A program made the translations under genes and the position numbers. The notes beneath the pieces are model-generated. The model was not told the DNA's origin and did no database searches. It worked only from the letters and a program-made list of their open reading frames with translations. This document shows, in pieces, positions 42,201 through 50,234 of a stretch of DNA of 64,000 nt. This DNA comes from Botryllus schlosseri (Eukaryota): NCBI GenBank assembly GCA_051294905.1, contig CM119384.1, positions 11,966,001 through 12,030,000 on the forward strand, written 5' to 3'. Numbering within the stretch: the stretch's first letter is position 1; each line of letters starts with the position of its first letter.

Positions 42201-45200
42201 AACACTATGACTCCTCTACTCTACTGGACTTGACTCGATGGTGAATTGAAAATGACTGGACTTGACTCGAGTCAAAACTATAAAAGTGAGATTGACTTGT
42301 GACACGAAACCTTGTGACTTGGTTGCAACCCTGGTACCGAATATCCCTGGCACCCACTTTTGCCCGGACACTTCCTTACAATGCCCACCTCTTCGATTCT
42401 GTATTGATATCCAATTCTGTTAATCCTTCAGCCAGCAACGTTTACATGTTCATTGTTCAGGCTGATGATTCTGCGGCCGGAAACGTCACTGCCGACTCAC
42501 TATCGTTGGAGGTGAGACATTTAAAAAGTTAAACTCGGTTTGTAATGCTGAAGTCACAACTTCAGAAGTGACAGATTCTATCTCCATGTCGACACCAGAA
42601 TAACATCCTACAGTAGAATCAGTTCCGGACCGGGAAATAACACAAATCACAGGTTTTGTGTATGTTGTTTAATCCCACTTCAGAATGTTGTTGTGTATCG
42701 TGCTGTGTGTACTTCCTTTGAACAGCGGATCGAAGGCCTTTCAGCCCTTTCTGCATGAGTTAGTACTGTATTTGAAAAACTACTGTGGTATTGGAACCCT
42801 ATACGTGTGTGTTGCACAGTAATACAGAATACAGTATTTGTTGAATCGTTTGATATTAAAAAATTGTACAATACAACTGTCGTAAACGAATAACTTTTGT
42901 GCGTTTTATGCAATCAGTGCAGTATTGAGCGACTGCAATTCTTTATCACACAACAGTAATTTGACTGCGTTGTCTGCCTTTACGCGTGACCATAAAACGA
43001 GCAATTGATTCTCGGCCAAAAGTGAACGGAACCAAAGTGACCAAATTAAACGGAGTCGACTGTAAATTCATAAAAATACAATAGTATTAAGCCACAATTG
43101 CGTCTTATCTATATTTCTTGAAGAAATCACGACGTATCTTGAAAGTCACAACCTTGTTATTGTGATATTATTGCATTTGTTGTGGGCCGACGAATAGGGA
43201 AAACCATCGTTACAATACATCACCTGGAACATGAATAGGCTAAAATTGAGTTTCGTACCATCTCATTCGACACTGTATCTATTTCCGTGAAGGAACTGCA
43301 AGGCGTCACCTCCACTATCACAAACGCTCTGCAAGAAAATACTTTGGGAAACGCAATCGGGGCTCAAGTGAATTCCCTCAGTGTCGTCGACCCAAGAGAG
43401 CCAGTCGCGGTAACATAGTTTCTATCACCGAAATTCAATTCGGGAAAACGGATTTTCTTGATTCGCAGAGAAATCCAAATTCCACAAACTCCACCGATAG
43501 CGACACGGAACCGGTTGCGTACTTTGTTCCTGACGCAATTAGGATCGTGGAGCAACCCACCTTGGGCATTGTTGGAAACGTGCTATCCCCGGTTTTGAAG
43601 GTATGGTGGTAATTTTATTACATATTGTGTTGTAGCTTGGTTCAGATTTTACATCAACAACCACGTGGTAGAGATAGTGTTTGATTCATTAATTAGCTGT
43701 CATCGAAACGAGATTCTTGTTATTCAAGGCATCGTAAAAGGGCCGTCTATATGTGGTTGGTCTTTGCATTCAATTTAAGTTCAAGTTTTGTTGAGTAGGA
43801 AATAGCCTTGGTGCTGAATTTGATCTTAACCGCCCAGAATAATTGCACACGGTATTCAATTCAATTTATTATTAACGATTTCATCATTTCAATACACTAC
43901 AAGACTGCGAAACAATGAAAAGATAGGAAGGCGCCGAAACGACTTGGAGTAGTCTTTGAAATCAGACACCCACCAGGCCTAGGCTATGTAAAAAGGAGGC
44001 ATGCACACTGAATGAAAAGTAAAAGAAGATAATACAAAAGGACAGTACGACACAGTAAAATTTGTCCATCTGAGTAGGCAACAGAGACATGTATCAGATA
44101 TTAGTCGGTCGACTTGGAGTGTTGGCCAGAATATCAGAACAGACCTGTATTGCTAAGCGATTGCTTCATTAATTTTTAAATCCTGAATTTTGTGCCTTGA
44201 CATAAAGTGGCTTCGGCCTTTGCCATTCCATCAATCTCTACATCTAAGTAACATCAATTAGTTTGCCTCCACTCATAACGCGCCGTAAGCATTATTTACC
44301 AAGGCATCGCGATACCGAAACATTTTAGCATACAGCCGTTAAAGATAGGTAACACCACGTAACGTTTCAGGTGACAGGTGTCGACAGTGACGGCAACGAC
44401 ATTGTCCTGGGACACAAGTCGGATCCGTGGCAAGCCACTGTTACAATTGTCAGCTCAACGGTGGTGGGCTCGTCTTTGACGGGCGCGACCGCCTATTTTA
44501 ATAACGGAGAGGGCCAGGCTGAATTTGAAGGTGAGACCTTTTTAGGGCACAGGTAGTATAGCCGGACAATATAGTAATCGAAGGTGGTATATAAAGAAGT
44601 GGGCTGATTTGACTCAAATTGTCATCACTATCTAAGTACTTTTCAAACCAAAGTGAGCCTATTTGAGTAAATTGTCATGGCTACCCAAGTACTTTTCAAG
44701 CCAAGCCAGCCTATTTCAGTCTCATTGTCATGGCTACCTGAGTGTGTTGCAAACCATTCAATTCATCTCTTGACAATTTCTGTGTACCTTCGTTAGAACC
44801 ACTCGTATATTCATAACGACAATTTATTAATACTAGATCGACATCAGTCTGAAACTAGTTGAAAAATTCCGCCTCATCTACGTGACTGCTTTATGTGTAC
44901 GGGTATTCCAGCTGTAGTTACTCCAATTAAGTGTAACTGTTTGTTTCAAGATCTGACCTTGTCGGCAGTGGGAGACTACATTTTAAGAGTGCAAGTCACC
45001 TATCCGAGTTCTCAATCTGGACTGACTGTCAACACGAATAGCATAGGGGTGAGTGACGTATTCACACTTCCGCTGTTTGGTCTGGTTTGACTGGAATAAG
45101 GGCTGGACCAGTCTTGAACCGATATACATGATTTCGAAGCGATTGAGAATGTGCAATGACCTCGACACGCCAAACCCTTATTTTGTATTACTCATATGCA

Positions 45201-46934
45201 TTATTGCAATTGACCCTGTCCTCTTATGATTGTCTCTTGTTAACAACCTTGCATCTAGGATGAAAGACATAATATGTACGATTGTACGTAGTAGTTATGA
45301 TATTTTCATATCGTTTGCTTAACTGTCCATACTTTAAAACGAAAATGTCTGAAATATATTTGTATCAAGTGAATCTCTAGATGAAGGCTTCACCAACCTC
45401 ACAATAGCAGGACACCAAGACAAGTACTAATACAGCTCAACCCATTATATTATTTTAGCTATGTTACTACTTCAGGAATACCAACCCTATCTAATCAGAG
45501 GTTGGATTCAAATATTCTATTCAAATGTCATACTATCCAGTAATGCTATCTAGTTCGATGATCTCATAAAATTTCGTGAGACAGTTCTATAGAGCCAGTG
45601 CGAAGCTGCTATATCTGGTCACTGTATAATCCTCGCAATACCTTTGTTTCCTTTTCTCTGGTGATGTCATGCTTCTTCATCGCTGTTAGAACTATCTGTA
45701 AATTATTTGTGTACCGCATGTGGATTTCGATTGTACCTGACTGCAGGAGCAAGATGAAACATATTCTTCAATTTTTACTTTATGTGTAGGCCAGGGTAGG
45801 AGTTTATTGGAATAACTACACCAAATCATTTACAGTATGGTAATTGGTAATATTATGGTGGTTGATATCATGCAATTTCTAATAAACTGAGCTGATTCTT
45901 TTCCAATGTTATTTCAATACATTAATCACACTTTTTGTCCATTCTGGTTACATACTGTCATTGGTTTTGTGTGTTGACTAATCGAGATTGGATAATATGA
46001 TTTCTTTCGCAGATTTCGCAGCTTGCCGGTCCGCTTTCTATGGGAGCCATAGGTGGAATAGTGGGCGGTGTTATCGGCGGGCTGATCACGCTGGGTGCCG
46101 CGGTAGCTTTCGTGGAAATCTCGAAGCGAGGTAATAATTGAGACTGATCACACTACTTCCACTTGATCAATTTTTAGGTCCCTCATCACTGCCTCTTCTT
46201 TCACCTATTGTCTACTGTCCCAATTATGTGTGAGTGGACAAAATTGCGAGTATAAGTTCGGTGAGCAGGCAAATTAAACGATGAACAGACTGAAATGCCT
46301 TGTTTATAAGTTAATGCATTAGTCCCTATTCTGTGCGAGGCAGAAGCAAGGCCATGATACAATGGCGTCTTAAATCTCTGCAAAGTGTTGATATATTCCA
46401 TCTGTGCATCATTGACTACTTCTGTTCAGGTGCGCGGCAGGTTAGGAAAGTATCTGGAACTTCGATTGAGATGCCCGAGAACACTACAAATTTGAATATG
46501 AAGATAGAAGTGTCCGAAGGTATAGTTAATAGTTTCTTTGCGACACCGGCTACTGTGGCAGTGGAAGAATGGTAATATAATGTCAATAGAAATAGTATAC
46601 TGAAATGTTGAGACTGAAACCTGTAATTGTAAATCCACAGTACTGCGTAGTTGTGTCTCTGCAGCAGTTAATCAATCCGGTGACAGGTACATATATATAT
46701 TGTATATGCTACAAACCCATAACAGGATTATAGCCACAGAGTACCAAACATTCCACTTATGGTATATGCCGTAAGCATGGAGAATTGCAGTCCTTTCCGG
46801 TAATCTGCTGAAAACGTTTGTTTTCAGAATCACCACCTAATTCTGCACTGGATATAGCAGACACCTTGGAGCCCCTTGGTACTGACGCATCACCGGAAGA
46901 AGATGGCCACTTGCAATTTGTCTACATGTTCTGA
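97..46934 (+). CDS. PKHD1L1: Fibrocystin-L (PKHD1-like 1) multi-exon gene, 5' end outside the window; roughly 80 exons by hand count
   Basis: Spliced exon translations follow human PKHD1L1 as recalled, in colinear order and with consistent splice phases at the junctions checked. Examples: WSSNYTWGGGPTPGAGEFVVV...LKMLLIQGG (G8); KIPACPEGFDTGEF..QTCFQGRFGEEEGSDQFGG; GQAFRLGRYPIHFHLLGD; DDITPAAFWVTNPNNTIR; INPSDCVDMECD; SQTRRLSPVA; GPQDHGWCAGYTCQ. Stop TGA at 46932-46934. Confidence 0.97.
393..882. mobile_element. Kolobok-like fold-back MITE (490 bp)
   Basis: TTAA on both sides (389-392, 883-886); termini AGGGGCAC...GTGCCCCT; near-perfect inverted arms of about 230 bp. Confidence 0.85.
1444..2019 (+). 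CDS. PKHD1L1: PKHD1L1 exons 1444-1596, 1714-1840 and 1896-2019
   Basis: VLNFTGWSSQVGNSEIQEIVVEHTCIDSGSC / ASQSVVKNALEDISELEDEG...YTIEFKEKRG / DYSALSY...EVSKGVSEQKTFKLRLGG; phases join in frame only with a GC donor at 1841. Confidence 0.85.
2774..8376 (+). CDS. PKHD1L1: PKHD1L1 exons preceding the IPT array (e.g. 2774-2934, 3135-3286, 6044-6199, 6256-6397, 7793-7950, 8084-8209, 8271-8376)
   Basis: DVEPFCGRYS; LCLAHRGLW...WRYSCIDLM; GGCHAKDYRIEWLSNAGDKPEIQ; ISGDMLRLAYDRPQ/VEVFVNGYPSKCVGSCDF; some boundaries approximate. Confidence 0.8.
3473..3986 (+). mobile_element. GACTC-rich hAT-type MITE, copy 1
   Basis: TIR CAGGGTTG(C/T)AA...TTACAACCCTG; subterminal GACTCGAGTC repeats; same family at 13563, 39329, 41834, 47144 and 55726. 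Confidence 0.85.
4191..5735. mobile_element. Non-autonomous hAT element (1545 bp)
   Basis: TIR CAGTGGTTCTTAACCT; perfect 8-bp TSD ATATACAG (4183-4190, 5736-5743); GGGGGCGC subterminal repeats. Confidence 0.92.
8623..19378 (+). CDS. PKHD1L1: PKHD1L1 exons encoding tandem IPT/TIG Ig-like repeats
   Basis: Recurring motif P..GS..GGT.(L/V)TI.G.GF...V.(I/V)G...C, e.g. SPLTGSRNGGNEITVTGSGF, SPDKGSLAGGTLLTITGSGF, TPAKGSTEGGTVIEFVGNGF, SPERGGTQGGTTVTMTG. Confidence 0.9.
11848..12036 (+). CDS. PKHD1L1: PKHD1L1 exon, cupredoxin-like insert within the IPT array
   Basis: FEWNPLVLHVETGDTVIWEW...DVFDGKGFESSSEKSATG matches recalled human YAWSPPVLNVSVGDTVAWHW...YDGKGFTSGRQKSTSG. Confidence 0.85.
13563..13943 (+). 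mobile_element. GACTC-rich hAT MITE, copy 2
   Basis: Same TIRs; 8-bp TSD GTTTGATG/GCTTGATG (7/8). Confidence 0.88.
14341..15177. mobile_element. Tc1/mariner (pogo/Tigger-like) MITE (837 bp)
   Basis: TA flanks; TIR CCGTAATTTTCC...GGAAAATTACGG; repeated ATGTATAATACGCACCC; internal ~85-bp tandem duplication near 14625-14775. Confidence 0.85.
18538..18885. repeat. Degenerate TACTCAAGTA/GTAGAAGTAG repeat family, probably an old MITE
   Basis: Related sequence at about 25900, 28480-28900, 35455-35595, 38070-38230 and 41560-41680; termini not resolved. Confidence 0.5.
19840..21546 (+). CDS. PKHD1L1: PKHD1L1 first G8 domain and following beta region (exons 19840-20051, 20767-20900, from 20960, 21395-21546)
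   Basis: LQTENILITDGGVLQ/IGTADTPFEHSAVITLHGHLRSRELPIYGTKTIGVRNGTLDLHGK/PVPVTWTHL; EVGLLTRNIVIQG. Confidence 0.95.
21775..23485. mobile_element. Non-autonomous hAT element (1711 bp)
   Basis: TIR CAGGGGCGTAGCCAG...CTGGCTACGCCCCTG; perfect TSD TTTGTAAC (21767-21774, 23486-23493). Confidence 0.92.
23530..27404 (+). CDS. PKHD1L1: PKHD1L1 first PbH1 beta-helix region (exons 23530-23756, 25595-25824, 26082-26233, 26571 onward, 27202-27404)
   Basis: AITIHNTHHLLIENNVVYDIMGGAVFIEDGIEHGN; GGTHFGFWYRIHETPDGPS; AWNCEKGAELVNVGAVQ; LCGGWEVQFNGVKFTNSPNKAAFR. Confidence 0.95.
23969..25022 (-). mobile_element. Internally deleted Buster/Charlie-type hAT (1054 bp)
   Basis: TIR CAGGGGTCACCAACC; perfect TSD GTATATTG (23961-23968, 25023-25030); transposase remnant inside. 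Confidence 0.93.
24133..24480 (-). pseudogene. hAT (Buster/Charlie) transposase C-terminal remnant
   Basis: Minus strand reads EIEIVTLQND...VWCSVDTEKYSGVRAAAMKVASVYGSTYLCESAFSDMNFIKNKHKTRL..HLEHSLRIAV*S*IPEYSALVDIIQCQASH*; contains the GSTYLCE..FS dimerisation motif, stops and a frameshift. Confidence 0.88.
28278..31623 (+). CDS. PKHD1L1: PKHD1L1 linker exons between the first PbH1 region and the second G8
   Basis: WEHEVSLRDVDGSLTG; CVIVSHNLTQKPDKF; SGRDRTLSAERKRRSLE...EVNFKVYRCFYE/KCIPPPDPNTQPPARARPATFQSW. Confidence 0.85.
31090..31270. repeat. Short inverted-repeat family (TGAAATGAACCCGAATATTTTC...CCCTGACGAGTG(T/C)CAGCC)
   Basis: Related copies at about 25030-25250 (host of the Buster insertion), 36335-36415 and 53040-53100. 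Confidence 0.6.
31682..32767 (+). CDS. PKHD1L1: PKHD1L1 second G8 domain exons
   Basis: GTWMVVKQDLPKINKLWIEGVLEIE; GGRLIVGWEDSVFKGTANLVLRGNHNSPD; GVVGGLDLHG; DWQAGDEITITTTS. Confidence 0.9.
32885..33060 (+). mobile_element. LINE 3'-UTR fragment or LINE-tailed SINE
   Basis: Reverse complement of the 3' UTR at 50250-50400 (CAGTGTGCAT...GGGTGTCTGATTTC...TTGCAATCTTGTGGTGTATTGA). Confidence 0.7.
33134..38854 (+). CDS. PKHD1L1: PKHD1L1 second PbH1 region and downstream exons
   Basis: ESFGARILV; GYARISNIEFFHTGQEGWIDNYDPRYSLAFLN; ILWPAFASGHNSAP; QAEYEWDGD..RGLGDFRIPK; YEVHFSGTSPAKLRL. Confidence 0.93.
39329..39739 (+). mobile_element. GACTC-rich hAT MITE, copy 3
   Basis: Same family; TSD CGCAAAAG/CGCACAAG (7/8). 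Confidence 0.85.
40135..45048 (+). CDS. PKHD1L1: PKHD1L1 membrane-proximal ectodomain exons
   Basis: AGSNYFDR...FFDNGNLIENLALFL; SAARRKRNAG (the convertase-type site recalled as LRRKRS in human); VVEIGDSP; VTGVDSDGN. Confidence 0.88.
41834..42333 (+). mobile_element. GACTC-rich hAT MITE, copy 4
   Basis: CAGTGTTGTTATGACT...GGTTGCAACCCTG; full internal consensus; TSD not recognisable. Confidence 0.8.
43855..44050 (-). mobile_element. LINE 3' fragment with (TTGAA)n-type tail
   Basis: Shares GACACCCACC...GAGGAGGCATGCACACTGAATGAAA core with 50250-50420; TTCAATTCAATT end. Confidence 0.7.
44603..44757. repeat. Minisatellite, about 52 bp x 3
   Basis: Unit about GCCTATTTGAGTAAATTGTCATGGCTACCCAAGTACTTTTCAAGCCAAGCCA, head-to-tail with no spacers. 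Confidence 0.75.
46013..46130 (+). CDS. PKHD1L1: PKHD1L1 transmembrane exon
   Basis: ttcgcag|ISQLAGPLSMGAIGGIVGGVIGGLITLGAAVAFVEISKR|gtaata; phase-0 join with the exon ending at 45048. Confidence 0.8.
46430..46934 (+). CDS. PKHD1L1: PKHD1L1 cytoplasmic-tail exons 46430-46519 and 46828-46934
   Basis: Canonical ag/gt, phase 1 throughout; GARQVRKVSGTSIEMPENTTNLNMKIEVSE / SPPNSALDIADTLEPLGTDASPEEDGHLQFVYMF*. Confidence 0.65.
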
Positions 46935-47143
46935 CTGGCAGAATGATGAATTAATTAGAATGTGGCAAAAGCACTTACTACAATTTACTGATTGATTGTC
47001 TGCGTTCAATTAAATTGTTGTCACTGAAAGGTCGGCCAATCGCTGTCCGATATGAGCGACCCAACCAATCAGTTTATCGCAAGGACTTAGCTTCAGCGAG
47101 AGACAGTACAACAAGGGGTTAGTCACAGTGAACACGTCGATGG

Positions 47144-47483
47144 CAGGGTTGTAATGACTCGAACCACGATTTTCTGATGACTCGAGACTGAGAAGGCCAA
47201 GACCAACATGTTGTTGCAACTTCGAAGAATAGTAACCTCCCTATAGGCATTTTGTCTATTGGTACTGGTACTTGAAAATGCAACCAGAAACTTCTTAAAG
47301 TGATGGAAATTAGTACATTGTAAATGCGAACCATTCGATATCTCCCCCGAGTTATAAAATGTGTTCAACATTCAACTGGAAACTGAGCAGGCAACACGGT
47401 GACTTGGACTCGGTGGTGAATTGAAAATGACTCGAATGAAAACTATAAAAGTAAGACTGACTTGTAACTTGGTTACAGCCCTG
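47144..47483 (+). mobile_element. GACTC-rich hAT MITE, copy 5 (internally deleted), between the converging PKHD1L1 and MSL2 3' ends
   Basis: CAGGGTTGTAATGACTC...GGTTACAGCCCTG. Confidence 0.8.
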
Positions 47484-47806
47484 GTCCTTGAAAATAAGGC
47501 ACAAACTGTGCACCGTGTTTCAGGATTACTTCCCAGCATGCAAGCTTTGAAATTATGCTATGACACCATCCCGGTCTGCCTCTGTTCTCGGATATTAGAT
47601 TCCAGGCCGGTACAAAAACCACTGAGCTACCCAATTGCCTGGCAACACATGAAATCGAGACCCAATTTTTTATTATTGAATGAAACACGATTGGATATAA
47701 AAGTAGCAACATATACTCAAAAAGCACAGACAGAAACCTGGTTGTTGTGCAAAATAGTGTGAAACAAAATCATTTTGTAACTAAAATGAGAATAAACGTG
47801 AGAATT

Positions 47807-48044
47807 TCATAATTCTGCTGGTTCACTCTTGTCCTCGTTGGCGCTTTGTGTGAGAGATTCCAGCAGAAGCGCATTTGTGTCCAAGCAAAGCTCGGACTGC
47901 ACGCGAAGGTACGTCTTTTCGATAAGTCTCGTATCGGTATTTGCTGAAACTTTATTGTCCAGCCAGTTGAGAAGGTCGGTCTTCACTGCGAGTCCGTCTT
48001 GTAGTACTCGACTCAAGGAAAATGTCAGTTGCTTGTACCTTGTC
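47807..48044 (-). CDS. Putative terminal exon, probably of MSL2
   Basis: ttttacag acceptor; 78-codon open frame TRYKQLTFSLSRVLQDGLAVKTDLLNWLDNKV...EDKSEPAEL*; no homology recognised. Confidence 0.35.
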
Positions 48045-48506
48045 CTGTAAAATGAAGGGCGATGGCAATTAGGCTACCATCAAGCTTTGACACAACCATT
48101 AATATCCAATCGAGATTGCCAAGGATGTTTGAATAATTCCTGTTTTTCCACAATTTTGACATACAGATACATGATAATAGACAATGGCCACAGCTAACCT
48201 TTGAAACGGAATTAACCAGAGGGTTGCATCGAACTTTCTTGAATAAGGTATACCTGCGTAATTTGTTTTAAATATGAAAACGTGAATGTTATGTGCACTT
48301 TGCAAGTGCATATATGGGCAATGTTGTGGGCCATGCATTTATTATGTTTAAAAAATATGTAGACTTGCAAGGACATGATTTACAGACTCGTGAATTTACT
48401 GTGAGTTGAGTTTCAAAACATTAAAACGACGTGTAACTTGCAATTTATCGAAGCTACAGTCCCAGTTCTGAGAAAGAACCTCTGGTACAAATATTAAAAT
48501 AACAAC

Positions 48507-48609
48507 CTCGAACTTGGATATGATTTCTTTTTGCTTTTCGACTTCTTCTTGTGGACACTTTTATCCTCTTTTTCATGATTGGTTGCAATCGTCGTGTTCG
48601 TTTGTAAGT
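48507..48609 (-). CDS. MSL2: Putative MSL2 exon 3 (basic, NLS-like)
   Basis: ttcgcag acceptor in phase 1 after exon 2; DLQTNTTIATNHEKEDKSVHKKKSKSKKKSYPSS. Confidence 0.45.
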
Positions 48610-49129
48610 CTGCGAATCAAAACAGATTAGGGACGGCTACAAAATGAGTTGAAATTAGAAATTTAAATATGTGCTGAAAAAAACATTATCTGTAAATTTC
48701 AAGGCTCTGATGTTCTTCAAAATTATTAATCATGTTTCTTGGCACAATAAGACCAGCAAGTCTTCAGGCCCACACATTCGAGACCGCCATACGTACAATT
48801 CGACAACTTGATGTGAACAAAATTTGCAATATGGTTATTCGCCGACTACCAACTCAAGAAAAAAGTCCGAACACCTTCCTACTCTCCCAGCTATTCTGAC
48901 TGAAAAATATGTCAACACTATTGCATGGCAAAAGATGATATATATATTCGGGTTACCATATTTTGGAACTAGGAAAGGAGGACACTTTTTCAAACTTGGA
49001 ATACCGATGGAAAATCCAGAAAAAATATTAAATTTTCCCCACATCGTGGTCGATTGACTAAAAAAAAGTATGAACAAAGAATCAGGCATTCTGATATTAC
49101 CGTATCCAAAGAACAAACTTGACGCTCAC

Positions 49130-49321
49130 CATCTGAGATCGTCTTGTCATTTTCCTGTTTTTCAATGTGTTCCATTATGGGAGAGTCAACAACCGACTCG
49201 CATATCTTCGCAAAGCACATTACCAAGATAGCCAAGTGTCCATTTCTTTCAAAATAAGTGTAATCTTTACACCAACTACAGGATGGCTTTAATATCATTG
49301 GCTTGCCATAGCAGCAAGCAC
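49130..49321 (-). CDS. MSL2: MSL2 coding exon 2 (RING C-half)
   Basis: CACCYGKPMILKPSCSWCKDYTYFERNGHLAILVMCFAKICE vs recalled human CKTCKGKKMMMKPSCSWCKDYEQFEENKQLSILVNCYKKLCE; donor g|gtgagc. Confidence 0.93.
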
Positions 49322-49383
49322 CTAAATATGAAGAAAAAATATTACTTATAACAGTAATTGCGAAAGAAAGCGTTTCTACTTAC

Positions 49384-49582
49384 ATACGAAATGTTGGCAG
49401 GCAGATTCAGTTGATGACATTGGGTCTCGGACAACGTTGCTGCATACGCAACATGTGAGGGACTGGCGAAGCCAAGGCAGGAACTTGTAGAGGTCGGCGA
49501 ATGATTCCGGTTCGTCGTAGTTGCAAGATAGCAACGTTTGACAAACTTGAAGGTATAGGTTAGTGCAATTTTCAGTATCCAT
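49384..49582 (-). CDS. MSL2: MSL2 coding exon 1 (RING N-half)
   Basis: MDTENCTNLY...LPWLRQSLTCCVCSNVVRDPM...CQHFV vs recalled human MNPVNATALY...LPYFRQSLSCCVCGHLLQDPI...CQHYV; donor t|gtaagt in phase 1 matches exon 2. Confidence 0.95.
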
Positions 49583-49911
49583 TATATCGGCTTAATTTCA
49601 ATACTAGCTTGAAAACAGTGCCTGCGGAACCTATCAAACTGCGCCGCCAATGTGGATCGTGGATGGGCCGTATTTTGATGGCGTGACAGAGGTGTGGTCC
49701 TCATTATGCGCCTCGCCGCATGATGGAAAGGCTTCTGTACCGCCGAACCTTATTATGCAATGATTATGAAAGCGATTCAATATATATAAAAAAATGACTG
49801 TTTGTTTCTGAGCTATTTTTGATCTTCCACGCCACGAACACTGAACATGAACAGTGAACGAACACGCCGGCTAATTGTGGTCCGGGCTTACCATCACAAT
49901 TTTACGACTAC

Positions 49912-49925
49912 AGGTCACGAGGTCA
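49912..49925 (+). promoter_or_regulatory. Perfect nuclear-receptor DR2 motif AGGTCA-CG-AGGTCA
   Basis: Exact sequence match; 330 bp upstream of the MSL2 ATG; function untested. Confidence 0.35.
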
Positions 49926-49975
49926 CGGATAAAATAGCAAATCCTTGATCCCGCGAACGGGTGTCTTTGATTTGT

Positions 49976-50234
49976 ACATGTCGCCAATGTCGCCAATGTC
50001 ACCAATGTCACCAATGTCGCCAATGTCGACGTCTATCTATTTTGTCAATGTCGCCAATGTCACCAATGTCGCCAATGTCACCAATGTCACCAATGTCGGC
50101 AATGTCACCAATGTCGGCAATGTCACCAATGTCGGCAATGTCACCAATGTCGGCAATGTCACCAATGTCGGCTATGTCACCAATGTCGCCAATGCCGACA
50201 TTGCCGACAATGCCGCCATTGCCGATAATACCGA
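49976..50234 (+). repeat. 9-nt satellite (TCACCAATG/TCGCCAATG/TCGGCAATG) in the left arm
   Basis: Direct reading; mirrored at 53640-53872. Confidence 0.95.

Noticed and set aside
44603-44757. CRISPR-like appearance of short repeats here and in the 9-nt and GACTC arrays
   Set aside because: No unique spacers, no cas genes, and a eukaryotic intronic context.
123-48338. The many 60-150 aa ORFs in the track as separate genes or an operon
   Set aside because: They are PKHD1L1 exon read-throughs, antisense shadows of exons, or TE/intron noise, and many use non-ATG starts.
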